Shown here: positions 7,471 to 15,812 of the stretch, one piece after another
Layout: every line of letters starts with the position of its first letter
How positions within the stretch are numbered: the first letter of the stretch is position 1
Origin: a virus
Lineage: Duplodnaviria; Caudoviricetes
IMG/VR virus record: IMGVR_UViG_3300044513_000463
Coordinates: 1 to 25,923 of that record
DNA length: 25,923 bases
Direction: 5' to 3' (one strand)
Translations under genes and position numbers: made by a program
The notes under the pieces: model-generated
What the model saw: only the letters and a program-made list of their open reading frames with translations
Databases searched by the model: none
What the model was told of the DNA's origin: nothing

Positions 7471-9321
7471 TCAAATCGTGTCATCAAGGAGATTTCTCTC
7501 ATCTAAAAGACCACTTTCTTTCTGAACATCATCACTTAACGACTCATTTATAATCGTTGAGGACTTTTGTTTTACTGATTTTAAAGATGTCTTTAAAGCT
7601 TGTGCACTTTCGTATGCAAGTGGTGAGTTTCTATATTTGTGATAGGTCGAGGCTGGTTTAATATCAGTATCTTGACCTAATGGGTCTCTACCAAATGGAT
7701 TATCATCGGTTTTATATGTTCCACCTTCCGGCGGTCTACCTGCACCATCGAACCCACCTTCAGGTGAACCACCCTCATCATCAGACTTCTGATTCATAGA
7801 TGCAATATCATGAGCAGTACCAAATGATTGGCCAGTTTTAACTGGGTCATTACCCTCATCTTCAATTTGAGTTTGTCTAAATCCAAGTTTCAAGTCGTTG
7901 ATAACTTTAGCTTGTTCCAACTTCCACTCATCATCTGACATATTAAAGATGTTCTTATACATCCACTCTTGAGATACCATTTTCAAGTCTTTCATATCAC
8001 GAACGAGTGATACCTTTTCAGACCATAAGTTTGCTTTCTCTTGTTCGTAGATGATAGATGGGTTAGTCAACTCCAACTCAAAGTTTACAAGGTCTTCGTT
8101 TTCATATCCTTGTGAATACAAATGTACAATTGCAATCTTTGTTAATTCCGAAAGAGCAATCTTTTGGATTCTTTCAACCGAACGAGCAAATCTAATATCC
8201 TCTTGTGCAAGTGTTGCTTTACCTTCAACTGATTCATCGTATCCAATAAATGCTTTTGGAACTTTAAGTGCGGCCATCATTCTATTACGAAGGTATTCAA
8301 TATCATCAATACCACCGAATTCCATACCACTCAATGAATCTATTTCAGTACCACTCTGACCACCACGAACTGGAAGATAATAATCATCCAACATATTCAT
8401 CAAGTTAAACTTGAGGTTGTAATCGCCGGTAGTTTGGTCAAGATAAGGTACTTTCTTCATTTGGTCGATGATACCTCTCATATGGTTATCAACTTCACCT
8501 GGAGGGATGTTACCCACATCAATCTTGAATACTCTTCGTTCGGGTGCTCTCATAATTCTATGAATCATCATAGCATCTTCCATAAGAGTTAATTGTTTCC
8601 AAGTCTTCCGTGCACCTTCTAATAGTGAACGGCCATAAGGAAGGAAGTTGGTGTCTGCCATCAAACGGAAGTGAGCAATCTGATAGAACTCGAAGAATTC
8701 GGCATTCTTATTAGAAGACATTCCGTGGGCAGCACCCATAGAACCCATCTTGAATCTAACTTCATATGGATTATCGGGATTAAATCCCTCTTCACGTTCC
8801 AACTCATACGCAGAGATTGGCGATACATTTACAATACCAACACCTTCTTCAATATCAAGGTGTAGGAAGTAATCGCCATACTTGTTCATACCACGAATCC
8901 AAGCCCATAGGTTGAATTCAATATTTAAAACATCGTAAAATAAATTGTGAAGAATTTTCTTAACATTCTCATCTTGAGTTTTAATACGAAGGACATCACC
9001 GACATCATTCTTTAGGGTACACTCATCCGAATAGATGTCGAGTACCGAAGCAATGATTGAATCTTTATCCATTGCTTCATAATCAGTATACAATTCAAGT
9101 TTGTTTGAATGATAGTTGAATTGGTTGTTATAAGTTTCCCAGTTTCTACGAGAAGTATGTAAACGACCAAATCTATCGTAATACGATGAACCACGGAGGT
9201 TACCGGAAGATTGTAATCGTTGAGTATCAACTGCTTGAGTATTACCCTTACCAATCCTACGAACAACAACCTGCGTGTTGAACAATTTCTTTAATCTACC
9301 AAAAAGCGATTTATCTGCCAT
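7471..9321 (-). CDS. gp20: Portal vertex protein, T4 gp20-like
   Basis: Motifs QLTLMEDAMMIHRIMRAPERRVFKIDVGNIP, DDYYLPVRGG..GTEIDSLSG, IDDIEYLR..M.AALKVP and EDIRFAR. Confidence 0.95.
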   Translation of the reverse strand: MADKSLFGRLKKLFNTQVVVRRIGKGNTQAVDTQRLQSSGNLRGSSYYDRFGRLHTSRRNWETYNNQFNYHSNKLELYTDYEAMDKDSIIASVLDIYSDECTLKNDVGDVLRIKTQDENVKKILHNLFYDVLNIEFNLWAWIRGMNKYGDYFLHLDIEEGVGIVNVSPISAYELEREEGFNPDNPYEVRFKMGSMGAAHGMSSNKNAEFFEFYQIAHFRLMADTNFLPYGRSLLEGARKTWKQLTLMEDAMMIHRIMRAPERRVFKIDVGNIPPGEVDNHMRGIIDQMKKVPYLDQTTGDYNLKFNLMNMLDDYYLPVRGGQSGTEIDSLSGMEFGGIDDIEYLRNRMMAALKVPKAFIGYDESVEGKATLAQEDIRFARSVERIQKIALSELTKIAIVHLYSQGYENEDLVNFELELTNPSIIYEQEKANLWSEKVSLVRDMKDLKMVSQEWMYKNIFNMSDDEWKLEQAKVINDLKLGFRQTQIEDEGNDPVKTGQSFGTAHDIASMNQKSDDEGGSPEGGFDGAGRPPEGGTYKTDDNPFGRDPLGQDTDIKPASTYHKYRNSPLAYESAQALKTSLKSVKQKSSTIINESLSDDVQKESGLLDERNLLDDTI

Positions 9322-9359
9322 AATTTGTATCTCAACTAAAAGTATATACTCTTACAAGT

Positions 9360-9393
9360 TATAAATATACAAAAAATAAACTTAACTACCAAA
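9360..9393 (-). promoter_or_regulatory. Promoter-like region: TATTTATA overlapping a Bacteroidota-type TTTG-N20-TAnnTTT element
   Basis: Minus strand TTTG (9393-9390), 20 nt, then TATATTTA (9369-9362) and TAA, upstream of portal. Confidence 0.55.
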
Positions 9394-9394
9394 T

Positions 9395-10966
9395 TTAAAG
9401 TAGCCAAGTTAAATCATTGTCATTACCACGTTGGTCTTTTTGTTTCCAAGGGTCTTGTCCCAACGCTCTTCCCGAATACACACCACTATTTGACTTACCA
9501 ATATGACCTAACGTAGTTCTTGTTAAGTCCATACCTTGCTGTCTTAATTTCAGTGCCGTGTCACGAACCCAAAGGCCAGTAGAGAATGATATAACCAAAT
9601 CATCATTATAACCTCGCTGTGCCTCTGCTCTTGAACCATTCCATATGAATACAAACAATTCATCAATTAGTCGCTTAGAATGGATGATTGGGGTTCGTTC
9701 TCTCATATAAGTATCGAGTTTAGAAATTACCAATGGTCTCGTTCTACTTGTCATTGAGAAACCAGGAACCATATCATCTTTACGTTTCAAATCCCAGCCT
9801 TTACGAAGATGGATATCCTCATCAATATATCCTAATTCTCTATACGAATAATAAAGGTTTTGATATTGTCTATCAATCACTTCTTGGATTACAGCCCAAC
9901 CAATGTTTGCATTTTCAATTACCAACATTGCGTTGTTCCATTCACTTGCAACTGAAGTTAAGAATGCGCCATATTGTTTGGTTTCAATCTTACCTTTATA
10001 TTCTGCAACTTGTTCAACAGTCTCTACATCGAAAACGTGGAATGCTGAATAATCCGTTGAGTCACCACGAGCAACATCGGCAACCACTACATAATCACGA
10101 GAGTAATTTGGATAATCCCATAACCAATAGTTACCATCAAACCCTCGTTTCTCAACAGGGTCTTTTACATAGGTCTCTTGATACCATTGTAGAGTAGAAC
10201 CTTCCACCACAGTGTAACCAGATGAAATAAAGTCACAATCACATTCCTGTGCAGCGCCCTTTTCACCAAGAAGCTTTGATTGTTCATCTCTCCATTGTTG
10301 GTTTCTATCAGGATGTACAGTCCAATGGAGTTCCGTTGGATGCCATTGTTCTCCGTTCTGACCTTGTAACCATACTTTGTGGAACCAGTTACCTACACCA
10401 TTTGGAGTAGAAAGTACAATAGCACCACCACCCGTAGAAAGTGTAGATTGCGCGGAAGTCCAAATCTCTTCAACATTATCAATAAATGCAGCCTCATCAA
10501 TAATCAACATCGATAGTGCTTCAGAACGACCAGCGTCTCCTGCGGCAGATGTTGCTTTGATTTGTGAACCATTCTTTAATCGAAGTGATAATTTATTATC
10601 TTCTTCAGTCTGACCCTTTAACCACGATGGTAAGTTTTGATGCATGAATCGAACCTTTGTTACAAGGTTCTTTGCAACCTCTTGTTTGGTTGCGATTACA
10701 AGAACATTCTTATCTTCGTGGAATAACATCAACCATAAAGAATATCCGGCTGATAGGGTTGATATACCTAATTGTCGAGACTTGAGGATTACATTGAATC
10801 GGTTGTCATTGATGTTGTTCATCAAATCTTCCTGAAACTCGTATAGGTTGAATAAGATTTTACCTCGGTGAGGGTGCTGGATATAACAATACTTCCTAAA
10901 GAAATATACAGGGTCTTTAGCGCACTTGACCCATTCCTCTTTTATTAATTGTCTTAAATCTGGCAT
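9395..10966 (-). CDS. gp17: Terminase large subunit, T4 gp17-like
   Basis: Q motif LYEFQ, Walker A KSRQLGIST, Walker B LIIDEAAFI, coupling motif STPNG, nuclease motifs ADVARG..TDYSAF and NDDLV. Confidence 0.96.
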   Translation of the reverse strand: MPDLRQLIKEEWVKCAKDPVYFFRKYCYIQHPHRGKILFNLYEFQEDLMNNINDNRFNVILKSRQLGISTLSAGYSLWLMLFHEDKNVLVIATKQEVAKNLVTKVRFMHQNLPSWLKGQTEEDNKLSLRLKNGSQIKATSAAGDAGRSEALSMLIIDEAAFIDNVEEIWTSAQSTLSTGGGAIVLSTPNGVGNWFHKVWLQGQNGEQWHPTELHWTVHPDRNQQWRDEQSKLLGEKGAAQECDCDFISSGYTVVEGSTLQWYQETYVKDPVEKRGFDGNYWLWDYPNYSRDYVVVADVARGDSTDYSAFHVFDVETVEQVAEYKGKIETKQYGAFLTSVASEWNNAMLVIENANIGWAVIQEVIDRQYQNLYYSYRELGYIDEDIHLRKGWDLKRKDDMVPGFSMTSRTRPLVISKLDTYMRERTPIIHSKRLIDELFVFIWNGSRAEAQRGYNDDLVISFSTGLWVRDTALKLRQQGMDLTRTTLGHIGKSNSGVYSGRALGQDPWKQKDQRGNDNDLTWLL

Positions 10967-10972
10967 ACATTT

Positions 10973-11377
10973 TTATAATACAAACAATACAGCAATTATA
11001 ACAGCTCCACCAGCACCACCCAAGAAGAGTCCATTAAAGAACTGACCTCTTTTTTGTTTCTTTAGGGTTTTGATTTGGGTATCCTTCAGTTCAATCATAT
11101 TGTCTTTTTGTTGAATGATACCATCTTTACTTTGTAGGGCTACTGAAAAGTTTGCAAGTTGTTCGGATTGTAATCCAATCTTGTCATTTTGTAGAGTGAC
11201 CAACTCTTGTGTTGTTTTTAACTCCATTTGACATACATCAAATTGAGACTTAACAATGAGAGCTTTCTTCACTGCGGCTCGTGGAACTGCAATTACGCTA
11301 TCAGTCGAAAGCGTTTGTGAAAGCAGTGATGAGGTCATCATCAGACATATCATCAAACTTATCAATTTGCTCTTCAT
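10973..11377 (-). CDS. Secreted/membrane coiled-coil protein (spanin-like, second component)
   Basis: Signal peptide MKSKLISLMICLMMTSSLLS|Q, a long coiled coil, and a C-terminal hydrophobic Gly-rich helix FFNGLFLGGAGGAVIIAVLFVL. Overlaps the upstream gene by 77 nt. Confidence 0.55.
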   Translation of the reverse strand: MKSKLISLMICLMMTSSLLSQTLSTDSVIAVPRAAVKKALIVKSQFDVCQMELKTTQELVTLQNDKIGLQSEQLANFSVALQSKDGIIQQKDNMIELKDTQIKTLKKQKRGQFFNGLFLGGAGGAVIIAVLFVL

Positions 11378-11645
11378 ATTGTTTTCTCAAATTAAGGAGT
11401 TGTGCATTTTTAGAGTTAATCTGATTGTCAATTTCAGCAATCTGATTACTTAAACCAAGATTGAGTTGGAGAAGTGAGTCTGCCTCACTCTCCAATTTTT
11501 CAATCTCACTTAAATACTCGGTTTCCTTCTCTTTTAACATTCGTTCATATTCTTTTTTGTAGGTATTACCCAAAAAGAATTGTTGGTAGATTAGTACACC
11601 TGCCAAACAAACAATAATTAATTGAGATGGGTTGAGTTTTCTCAT
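11301..11645 (-). CDS. N-terminally membrane-anchored coiled-coil protein (i-spanin-like)
   Basis: Hydrophobic LIIVCLAGVLIYQQFFL followed by about 80 aa of heptad coiled coil. Confidence 0.55.
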   Translation of the reverse strand: MRKLNPSQLIIVCLAGVLIYQQFFLGNTYKKEYERMLKEKETEYLSEIEKLESEADSLLQLNLGLSNQIAEIDNQINSKNAQLLNLRKQYEEQIDKFDDMSDDDLITAFTNAFD

Positions 11646-12122
11646 TTACTTTTTGTTACGAGTAGTTTTACCCTTACCAGCACCTGAACCACTTGATTTA
11701 GCACCATTTCCACGTTTTGGAGCGGCCTTTTTCTTACCAGCACCTGAACCACTTGATTTAGCACCATTTCCACGTTTTGGAGCGGCCTTTTTCTTACCAG
11801 CACCCGAACCACTTGATTTAGCACCACCTCTGGATGTAGACTTACCATTACCAGCACCTGAACCACTTGATTTAGCACCACTTCTTGGTGTAGCTTTCTT
11901 TTTAGGTGTAGATTTACGACCTTTGCGAGAACTACCCTTAGCAGCATCAACTACATCAGCTATCTGGTCTGCAGTATTTGCGAATGCATCTTTAACATCA
12001 CCGAGCTCTTCTTTGACTCTGTTAACTCTACGTTTAGTTTCTTTAGAAACTTCAACAATCTTTTCATCGATAGTAGTTTTACCTAATAACCAATTCCAAG
12101 TTTTCTTTAACCAATTTTTCAT
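11646..12122 (-). CDS. Basic protein with amphipathic N-terminus and K/G/S-rich repeat tail
   Basis: MKNWLKKTWNWLLGK..., a coiled segment, then four GAKSSGSGAG units with KKKAAPKR-type linkers. Confidence 0.7.
   Translation of the reverse strand: MKNWLKKTWNWLLGKTTIDEKIVEVSKETKRRVNRVKEELGDVKDAFANTADQIADVVDAAKGSSRKGRKSTPKKKATPRSGAKSSGSGAGNGKSTSRGGAKSSGSGAGKKKAAPKRGNGAKSSGSGAGKKKAAPKRGNGAKSSGSGAGKGKTTRNKK
11674..11880. repeat. Coding tandem repeat: four copies of a 33-bp core, period 60/60/54 bp
   Basis: ttaccagcacc[tc]gaaccacttgatttagcacca at 11674, 11734, 11794 and 11848. The first two linkers are identical. Confidence 0.95.
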
Positions 12123-12154
12123 AATTTTCTCTTTTATTAAACTTATTGTTCCAA

Positions 12155-12163
12155 TATAAATAT
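12155..12163 (-). promoter_or_regulatory. Putative late promoter motif (ATATTTATA)
   Basis: About 33 nt upstream of the 12122 start. Confidence 0.55.
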
Positions 12164-12178
12164 GGTAGAATAATTTAA

Positions 12179-13123
12179 TTATTTAATTTTTTCAATTAAA
12201 GAGTAATACGACTCGTGTATTGTCTTATAATATGGACTCTCTAAAATGAGCCGTTCTGCTTCAAGTAGTTCTAATTTTGTAAGTTTATGTATTTTGTGAT
12301 TTACTTTATTTTGGTATTTTTTGGCTCCCCATAAATGATACATTGCCGATGAAATTTCTATTTCAGAAAAGGACGGGTCTATATCTAAATCCAACAACCT
12401 TAAAGTTTCGGATGTGTATATGACATTACAAAATGACTTTGATTTAAAATTTAACTTTCTTCGACTTTGCCAATCGTGTGCTAATCCAGCCAACATCCAC
12501 TGCTCTATCATAATTTGCGCAGAACTGTCACCAACCATTAGGTGTGAATTTTCGTTAGCATAACTTATTTCACCTGTGGAGTTAAACACAAAGTTAAAGT
12601 ATATATCGGTATATTCTTTTTTAAATTCTTCGTTGAACATACCCACTACTGCACAATTCATTGGGAGTGTATCTTTTAAAGATTTTATAAACATACCATC
12701 CCATTTAAAATTATCAGTATGGTGTACATCATAAATATTTGGATAACTTGATGTACTCTCACGGTGTAGATATAATAAGTCAGTTTCGAGATATGGTTCA
12801 AGACTCTTGTTTAATACCAAATCAATGTCATATACAACAAATGGTGTTTTTAATTTTGACATTGCCCAAATCTTTGGACTGGCCCAATAATTATTGCTTA
12901 TTTTATCATATGGGTAATCATCGAAGATATCGGTAATTACGCTGTCATATAATTTAGTAATGTTGTGGGATTCAAAGAATTTACGACTTCGTTCATTTGT
13001 TACCAAATGTAATGGGATATTTGGATTTGTGTTTTTGTGATTAACACACGAGTATATTTGTGTAATCAATTCAAATTCTTGTGGGGGATGTTCACCGACC
13101 ACATAAATGTGATATGAGTTCAT
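12179..13123 (-). CDS. Glycosyltransferase-like protein (GT-A-type DxD; DUF6734-like)
   Basis: WASPKIWAMSKLKTPFVVYDIDL (DxD after a beta strand), NCAVVG, IMIEQW, and C-terminal YHLWGAKK. Confidence 0.55.
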   Translation of the reverse strand: MNSYHIYVVGEHPPQEFELITQIYSCVNHKNTNPNIPLHLVTNERSRKFFESHNITKLYDSVITDIFDDYPYDKISNNYWASPKIWAMSKLKTPFVVYDIDLVLNKSLEPYLETDLLYLHRESTSSYPNIYDVHHTDNFKWDGMFIKSLKDTLPMNCAVVGMFNEEFKKEYTDIYFNFVFNSTGEISYANENSHLMVGDSSAQIMIEQWMLAGLAHDWQSRRKLNFKSKSFCNVIYTSETLRLLDLDIDPSFSEIEISSAMYHLWGAKKYQNKVNHKIHKLTKLELLEAERLILESPYYKTIHESYYSLIEKIK

Positions 13124-13135
13124 AACTTATTTTAG

Positions 13136-13143
13136 TATAAATA
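13136..13143 (-). promoter_or_regulatory. Putative late promoter motif (TATTTATA)
   Basis: In the 24-nt gap upstream of the GT-like gene. Confidence 0.55.
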
Positions 13144-13147
13144 GTGT

Positions 13148-13804
13148 TTACCACTTTCTACAAGACCAATATCGTGCTTTCCATCTTGGACCTGGTGAAT
13201 CACAATTCATTCTTGCTCTAAATGATTTACGAGCGCCTGGATTATCCTTCTTAATAGTCATACCCTTTTGTCCAAAGTTTACCTTGACAACATTACCTTT
13301 ATCGTTGTTTACATATACTTTGAACTTCTTAACATCACCTTGCATAATCTTACCAAGTTCAACTTTTCTACCTTGATATTCTGCTTCGTTGATATTATTA
13401 ACACCCTCTTTGTGTAGATTTAACATTTGAGAGTATTCCTTCATAAAGTTAATGAAGTCTTTAGTTTCCTCAAGCGTCTCAACATCATACTCATCAACCT
13501 CACCATAGTCTGATACTGTTGAAATGTAATCTTCGGCTTTTGTGATTAGAGATTGAACCCAAGGTTCTAAATCAGACTTACCTTGAAGTTTTGAGATTAA
13601 TTCTTGTGCTCTCTTAACCATAGTTTCAATTTGGTCTACGGCCATTTCAGCATCAGTCTCACCACCTTCGTTTTTAAATGCTGATACATATGGGTTATCA
13701 ATGACTTTACCCAACTCTGGAGTGAATCCATACTTCTCTTCCATAAAGTTTTTTACATTATGGTATTCTTCTCTGATAAGTTCTTTGAGTTGTTTTTCAG
13801 TCAT
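13148..13804 (-). CDS. Modular hypothetical protein with a basic C-terminal ...SFRARMNC...ARYWSCRKW domain (DUF6321-like)
   Basis: 218 aa; modules separated by FKNE, VDE and INE. The C-terminal domain resembles a widespread viral hypothetical family. Confidence 0.7.
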   Translation of the reverse strand: MTEKQLKELIREEYHNVKNFMEEKYGFTPELGKVIDNPYVSAFKNEGGETDAEMAVDQIETMVKRAQELISKLQGKSDLEPWVQSLITKAEDYISTVSDYGEVDEYDVETLEETKDFINFMKEYSQMLNLHKEGVNNINEAEYQGRKVELGKIMQGDVKKFKVYVNNDKGNVVKVNFGQKGMTIKKDNPGARKSFRARMNCDSPGPRWKARYWSCRKW

Positions 13805-13805
13805 C

Positions 13806-14774
13806 TTATTTAAACTTTTTAATTAGTTTTGATTGAACTGTATTTCCTGGCTTGCCTGCAATTGCTGATACCAATGCCATTCTTTCTGGAAGTTTACCAT
13901 TCTTAACATACTGATATACTTTTTCAATATCCAATTTGTTATCATCAACAAACTTTTGGATTGCGTCTTTGTTCATACCAGTTAGACCACCGATTTCCAT
14001 TGCGGTACGAGATGCAGCTTCGTTTACTGATTCATTCATATATTTCTTCCAATCTTTGTGTTCAGGTGCGAGTGCAGTACGACCCATATTTTTTCTCAAA
14101 TCTTTGTTCTGCTCTCTATTATCTGGATGTGCAATTCTTGATGCAAATTTGTTTTTCATATCCACATAGAAATGTGCGCCAAAATAATCTATGATATAAG
14201 CACCCTCCTTACCTTTGATTGTATCATATTCGTTATGAAGTAATACACCAGGAACTTTCAATCCAATTCCTGAGTGACCCGATACATATTTGATTGGAGT
14301 ATCTCTATATAACTGATAGTAGTTGTGTCCTCTTTGTGGAGTAATCATCTTTTCATCAATACTCTCTTTTTTAGAAAACTTGTCTTTCAATCTCTGAACA
14401 AGTGACTTTGCCTTTCCGTGAGCGGGATGTTGTTTATCCTTCAATGCGGTTGTTACTCTTACATCCTTTTTAGTTTCAGGATTCTTTACCTTTTGGTCAG
14501 CAATTGCCTTAGCGACCATCATATGAACGGCAAAGTTTTCGTTTGTGTTTTCCATTGATTCTCCAGCACATTGTTTCCAACCACCACCGGCGGCTTTATA
14601 TTGTTTAGATGCCCAACCATTTGCGTATGCGGATGGATATACATCAAACTTTTGTTTTGCCTGTGATTTGTAGTAAGACCATTTTGATGGGTTAGTAGGA
14701 CAATTCTTTTCTTCTAATTGTTGAACTTCCTCACCCAATAATCTTAACTCTTCAAGGTATTGTTTGTTATCCAT
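13806..14774 (-). CDS. Modular hypothetical protein
   Basis: About four modules separated by LEE, TNE, ESIDE and ESVNE; the first contains KFDVYPSAYANGW. SD TAAGGAG at 14780-14786 favours ATG 14774 over GTG 14777. Confidence 0.7.
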   Translation of the reverse strand: MDNKQYLEELRLLGEEVQQLEEKNCPTNPSKWSYYKSQAKQKFDVYPSAYANGWASKQYKAAGGGWKQCAGESMENTNENFAVHMMVAKAIADQKVKNPETKKDVRVTTALKDKQHPAHGKAKSLVQRLKDKFSKKESIDEKMITPQRGHNYYQLYRDTPIKYVSGHSGIGLKVPGVLLHNEYDTIKGKEGAYIIDYFGAHFYVDMKNKFASRIAHPDNREQNKDLRKNMGRTALAPEHKDWKKYMNESVNEAASRTAMEIGGLTGMNKDAIQKFVDDNKLDIEKVYQYVKNGKLPERMALVSAIAGKPGNTVQSKLIKKFK

Positions 14775-14783
14775 CACAACTCC

Positions 14784-15812
14784 TTAATTGATGTATGCGT
14801 TGAGTTCGTATCCGTTCTTCATACCATATACTTGGATTTGAAGAGACTTACGTTGTGGTTTTCCGCCTTTGAGAAGACCTACCGTAAATTCAGTAGTCTT
14901 ACCTTCACTTGGGCGTGAACGAACATTCTTACCACCCATACCGATTTGAGTTGACCAATCATCTTCATCAACTTCAAATCCTCGTTTTTCTGCGTATTTC
15001 TTTGCAGCGTCTGCGGCTGAAGTAAACGACTTATGATATACTTCGTATTGTGCTTCTTTGAGATATACCGACTCTTTGAAGAGTCTCATACCTTTAGATT
15101 CTACCAATGTCTCTACCTTTTGTCCGAGTGGTCTACCGATAGTCATTGAGATATAGAAACCCATTGCGTTTACGATTTCTTTACCATCCCACTTGCAAAT
15201 GTTTGCAACATCAGGACCCAAGTCGTAATGATACATTTGCTCAAGGTCTTTCTCAGCCATTGGGTCACCTTCATATTTTGCTTTAGGGAACAATTTAGCA
15301 ACACCCTTTGCTTCACTATGGAAGTTAGCATCACTCAAAGCACCCATCAAAATGTGCATTACTGCCCATTGGTGGTTTGCCCCACCTCTTCTTAAATCTT
15401 TAAGGTGTTTGTCTAAAAGTGCTTTAACTTTCTTATTTTCAGCAGGCCCTTCGGTAAGAATACCCTCTACAATGTTTGATAAATTCATATCACTCTCCGT
15501 GTTTTCTAGCATCTTTAATAACTTATCATCTTTGATGACAAATGCGTATCCAGCACCAGTATGGTGTGGGTCACTCTCAAAGTCGAGACCCGTTTTCTTT
15601 TTTAAATGAGTTATTGTCAAGATTCTAAAATCCTCATCAGCCAATCTTGGATTTCCAAATGCATCCATAATATCATCGATAGTATCTAAATCTTTTGATG
15701 ATTTTGCAATTAGAATAATTCTACCATTTTTAAATGATGTCATAAATTCGACTCTACCATTTTTGTAGTCAAATTTAGCTTTACCTTCTGATAACAACGA
15801 TGTCAATCTCAT
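14784..15812 (-). CDS. Modular hypothetical protein
   Basis: 342 aa; leader MRLTSLLSE; internal MNLSNIVEGILTE and MRLFKESVYLKE. ATGA overlap with the upstream gene. Confidence 0.7.
   Translation of the reverse strand: MRLTSLLSEGKAKFDYKNGRVEFMTSFKNGRIILIAKSSKDLDTIDDIMDAFGNPRLADEDFRILTITHLKKKTGLDFESDPHHTGAGYAFVIKDDKLLKMLENTESDMNLSNIVEGILTEGPAENKKVKALLDKHLKDLRRGGANHQWAVMHILMGALSDANFHSEAKGVAKLFPKAKYEGDPMAEKDLEQMYHYDLGPDVANICKWDGKEIVNAMGFYISMTIGRPLGQKVETLVESKGMRLFKESVYLKEAQYEVYHKSFTSAADAAKKYAEKRGFEVDEDDWSTQIGMGGKNVRSRPSEGKTTEFTVGLLKGGKPQRKSLQIQVYGMKNGYELNAYIN

Noticed and set aside
7471-10966. Possible inteins or introns in terminase and portal
   Set aside because: Lengths are typical, motifs are contiguous, and no splice-junction or homing endonuclease signatures were seen.
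11674-11880. 33-bp direct repeats resembling a mini CRISPR array
   Set aside because: Two spacers are identical, spacers are only 21-27 bp, all periods are multiples of 3 within an ORF, and no cas genes or leader are present.
11632-12159. Plus-strand 175-aa ORF and alternative minus-frame ORF 11642-11950
   Set aside because: Both are shadow frames kept open by the tandem repeat. The 11646-12122 frame abuts the next gene and has a promoter motif.
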